This document shows, in pieces, positions 63,700-64,000 of a DNA stretch of 64,000 nt. The stretch is taken from NCBI GenBank assembly GCA_964016885.1, contig CAXHJY010000962.1, positions 1 through 64,000 on the forward strand. The letters are read 5' to 3'. Origin of the DNA: Eledone cirrhosa. Its lineage: Eukaryota. Within the stretch, counting starts at the first letter, position 1, and every line of letters starts with the position of its first letter. Under the pieces are notes generated by a model. It was not told where the DNA came from. It made no database searches and worked only from the letters and a program-made list of their open reading frames with translations. A program made the position numbers and the translations under genes.

Positions 63700-64000
63700 T
63701 ATCAGTTATTTCATCACACATCCTGTTACCTCCTCAAGGATTAAGGTTTGTGCCTCCTCTTTTTCCTGGTCTTAAACTTCTACTCCATCTTGTATTTGTT
63801 TGTTTCGTGTCTGCGCCTTCGTTTGCATCTGTGTGAGTGTGTATGTCAAGCTTACATACGTTTTATGTGTGTGTGGGTTTGTATTGTTTACTGTTTTGTA
63901 ATGTGTGTCTTAGTATTGACACTATTGGCAACATGACCTCCCCACAAATATAACAATATCGGTTTCAACACACGATTTCACAACAATAATCTTACAAAAC
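63700..64000. mobile_element. Diverged PLE-A-related pLTR (minus arm with degenerate HHR, plus terminal motif)
   Basis: TATTGGCAACATGACC..ATAACAATATCGGTTTCAACACACG matches the PLE-A end; minus TTGAGGA-GGTAACAGGATGTGTGAT-GAAA. Confidence 0.65.

Overview
AT-rich eukaryotic, repeat-dominated DNA. The SINE style suggests an octopod cephalopod, which is inference only. No host gene could be confidently identified. The ORF-track YI/IY proteins are microsatellite artefacts. Contents: (i) a 6.4-kb 7-bp satellite (AGTAATC/AGTAAAC) expanded inside a decayed RTE-clade LINE; (ii) multi-kb (TA)n arrays; (iii) decayed Penelope-like elements (PLEs; RT plus C-terminal GIY-YIG) of at least two protein families; (iv) RTE LINE fragments and about 14 copies of one tRNA-derived SINE. 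The most notable layer, found by reading both strands, is more than 20 type I hammerhead ribozyme (HHR) motifs from about a dozen distinct sequence families. Most sit in short, non-coding, (TA)n-flanked fold-back elements with asymmetric arms. Some fold-backs are centred on the HHR stem II loop, and a GAGTRC motif recurs about 45-62 nt before the 3' end in otherwise unrelated families. All coordinates were read by eye and are approximate at element boundaries.
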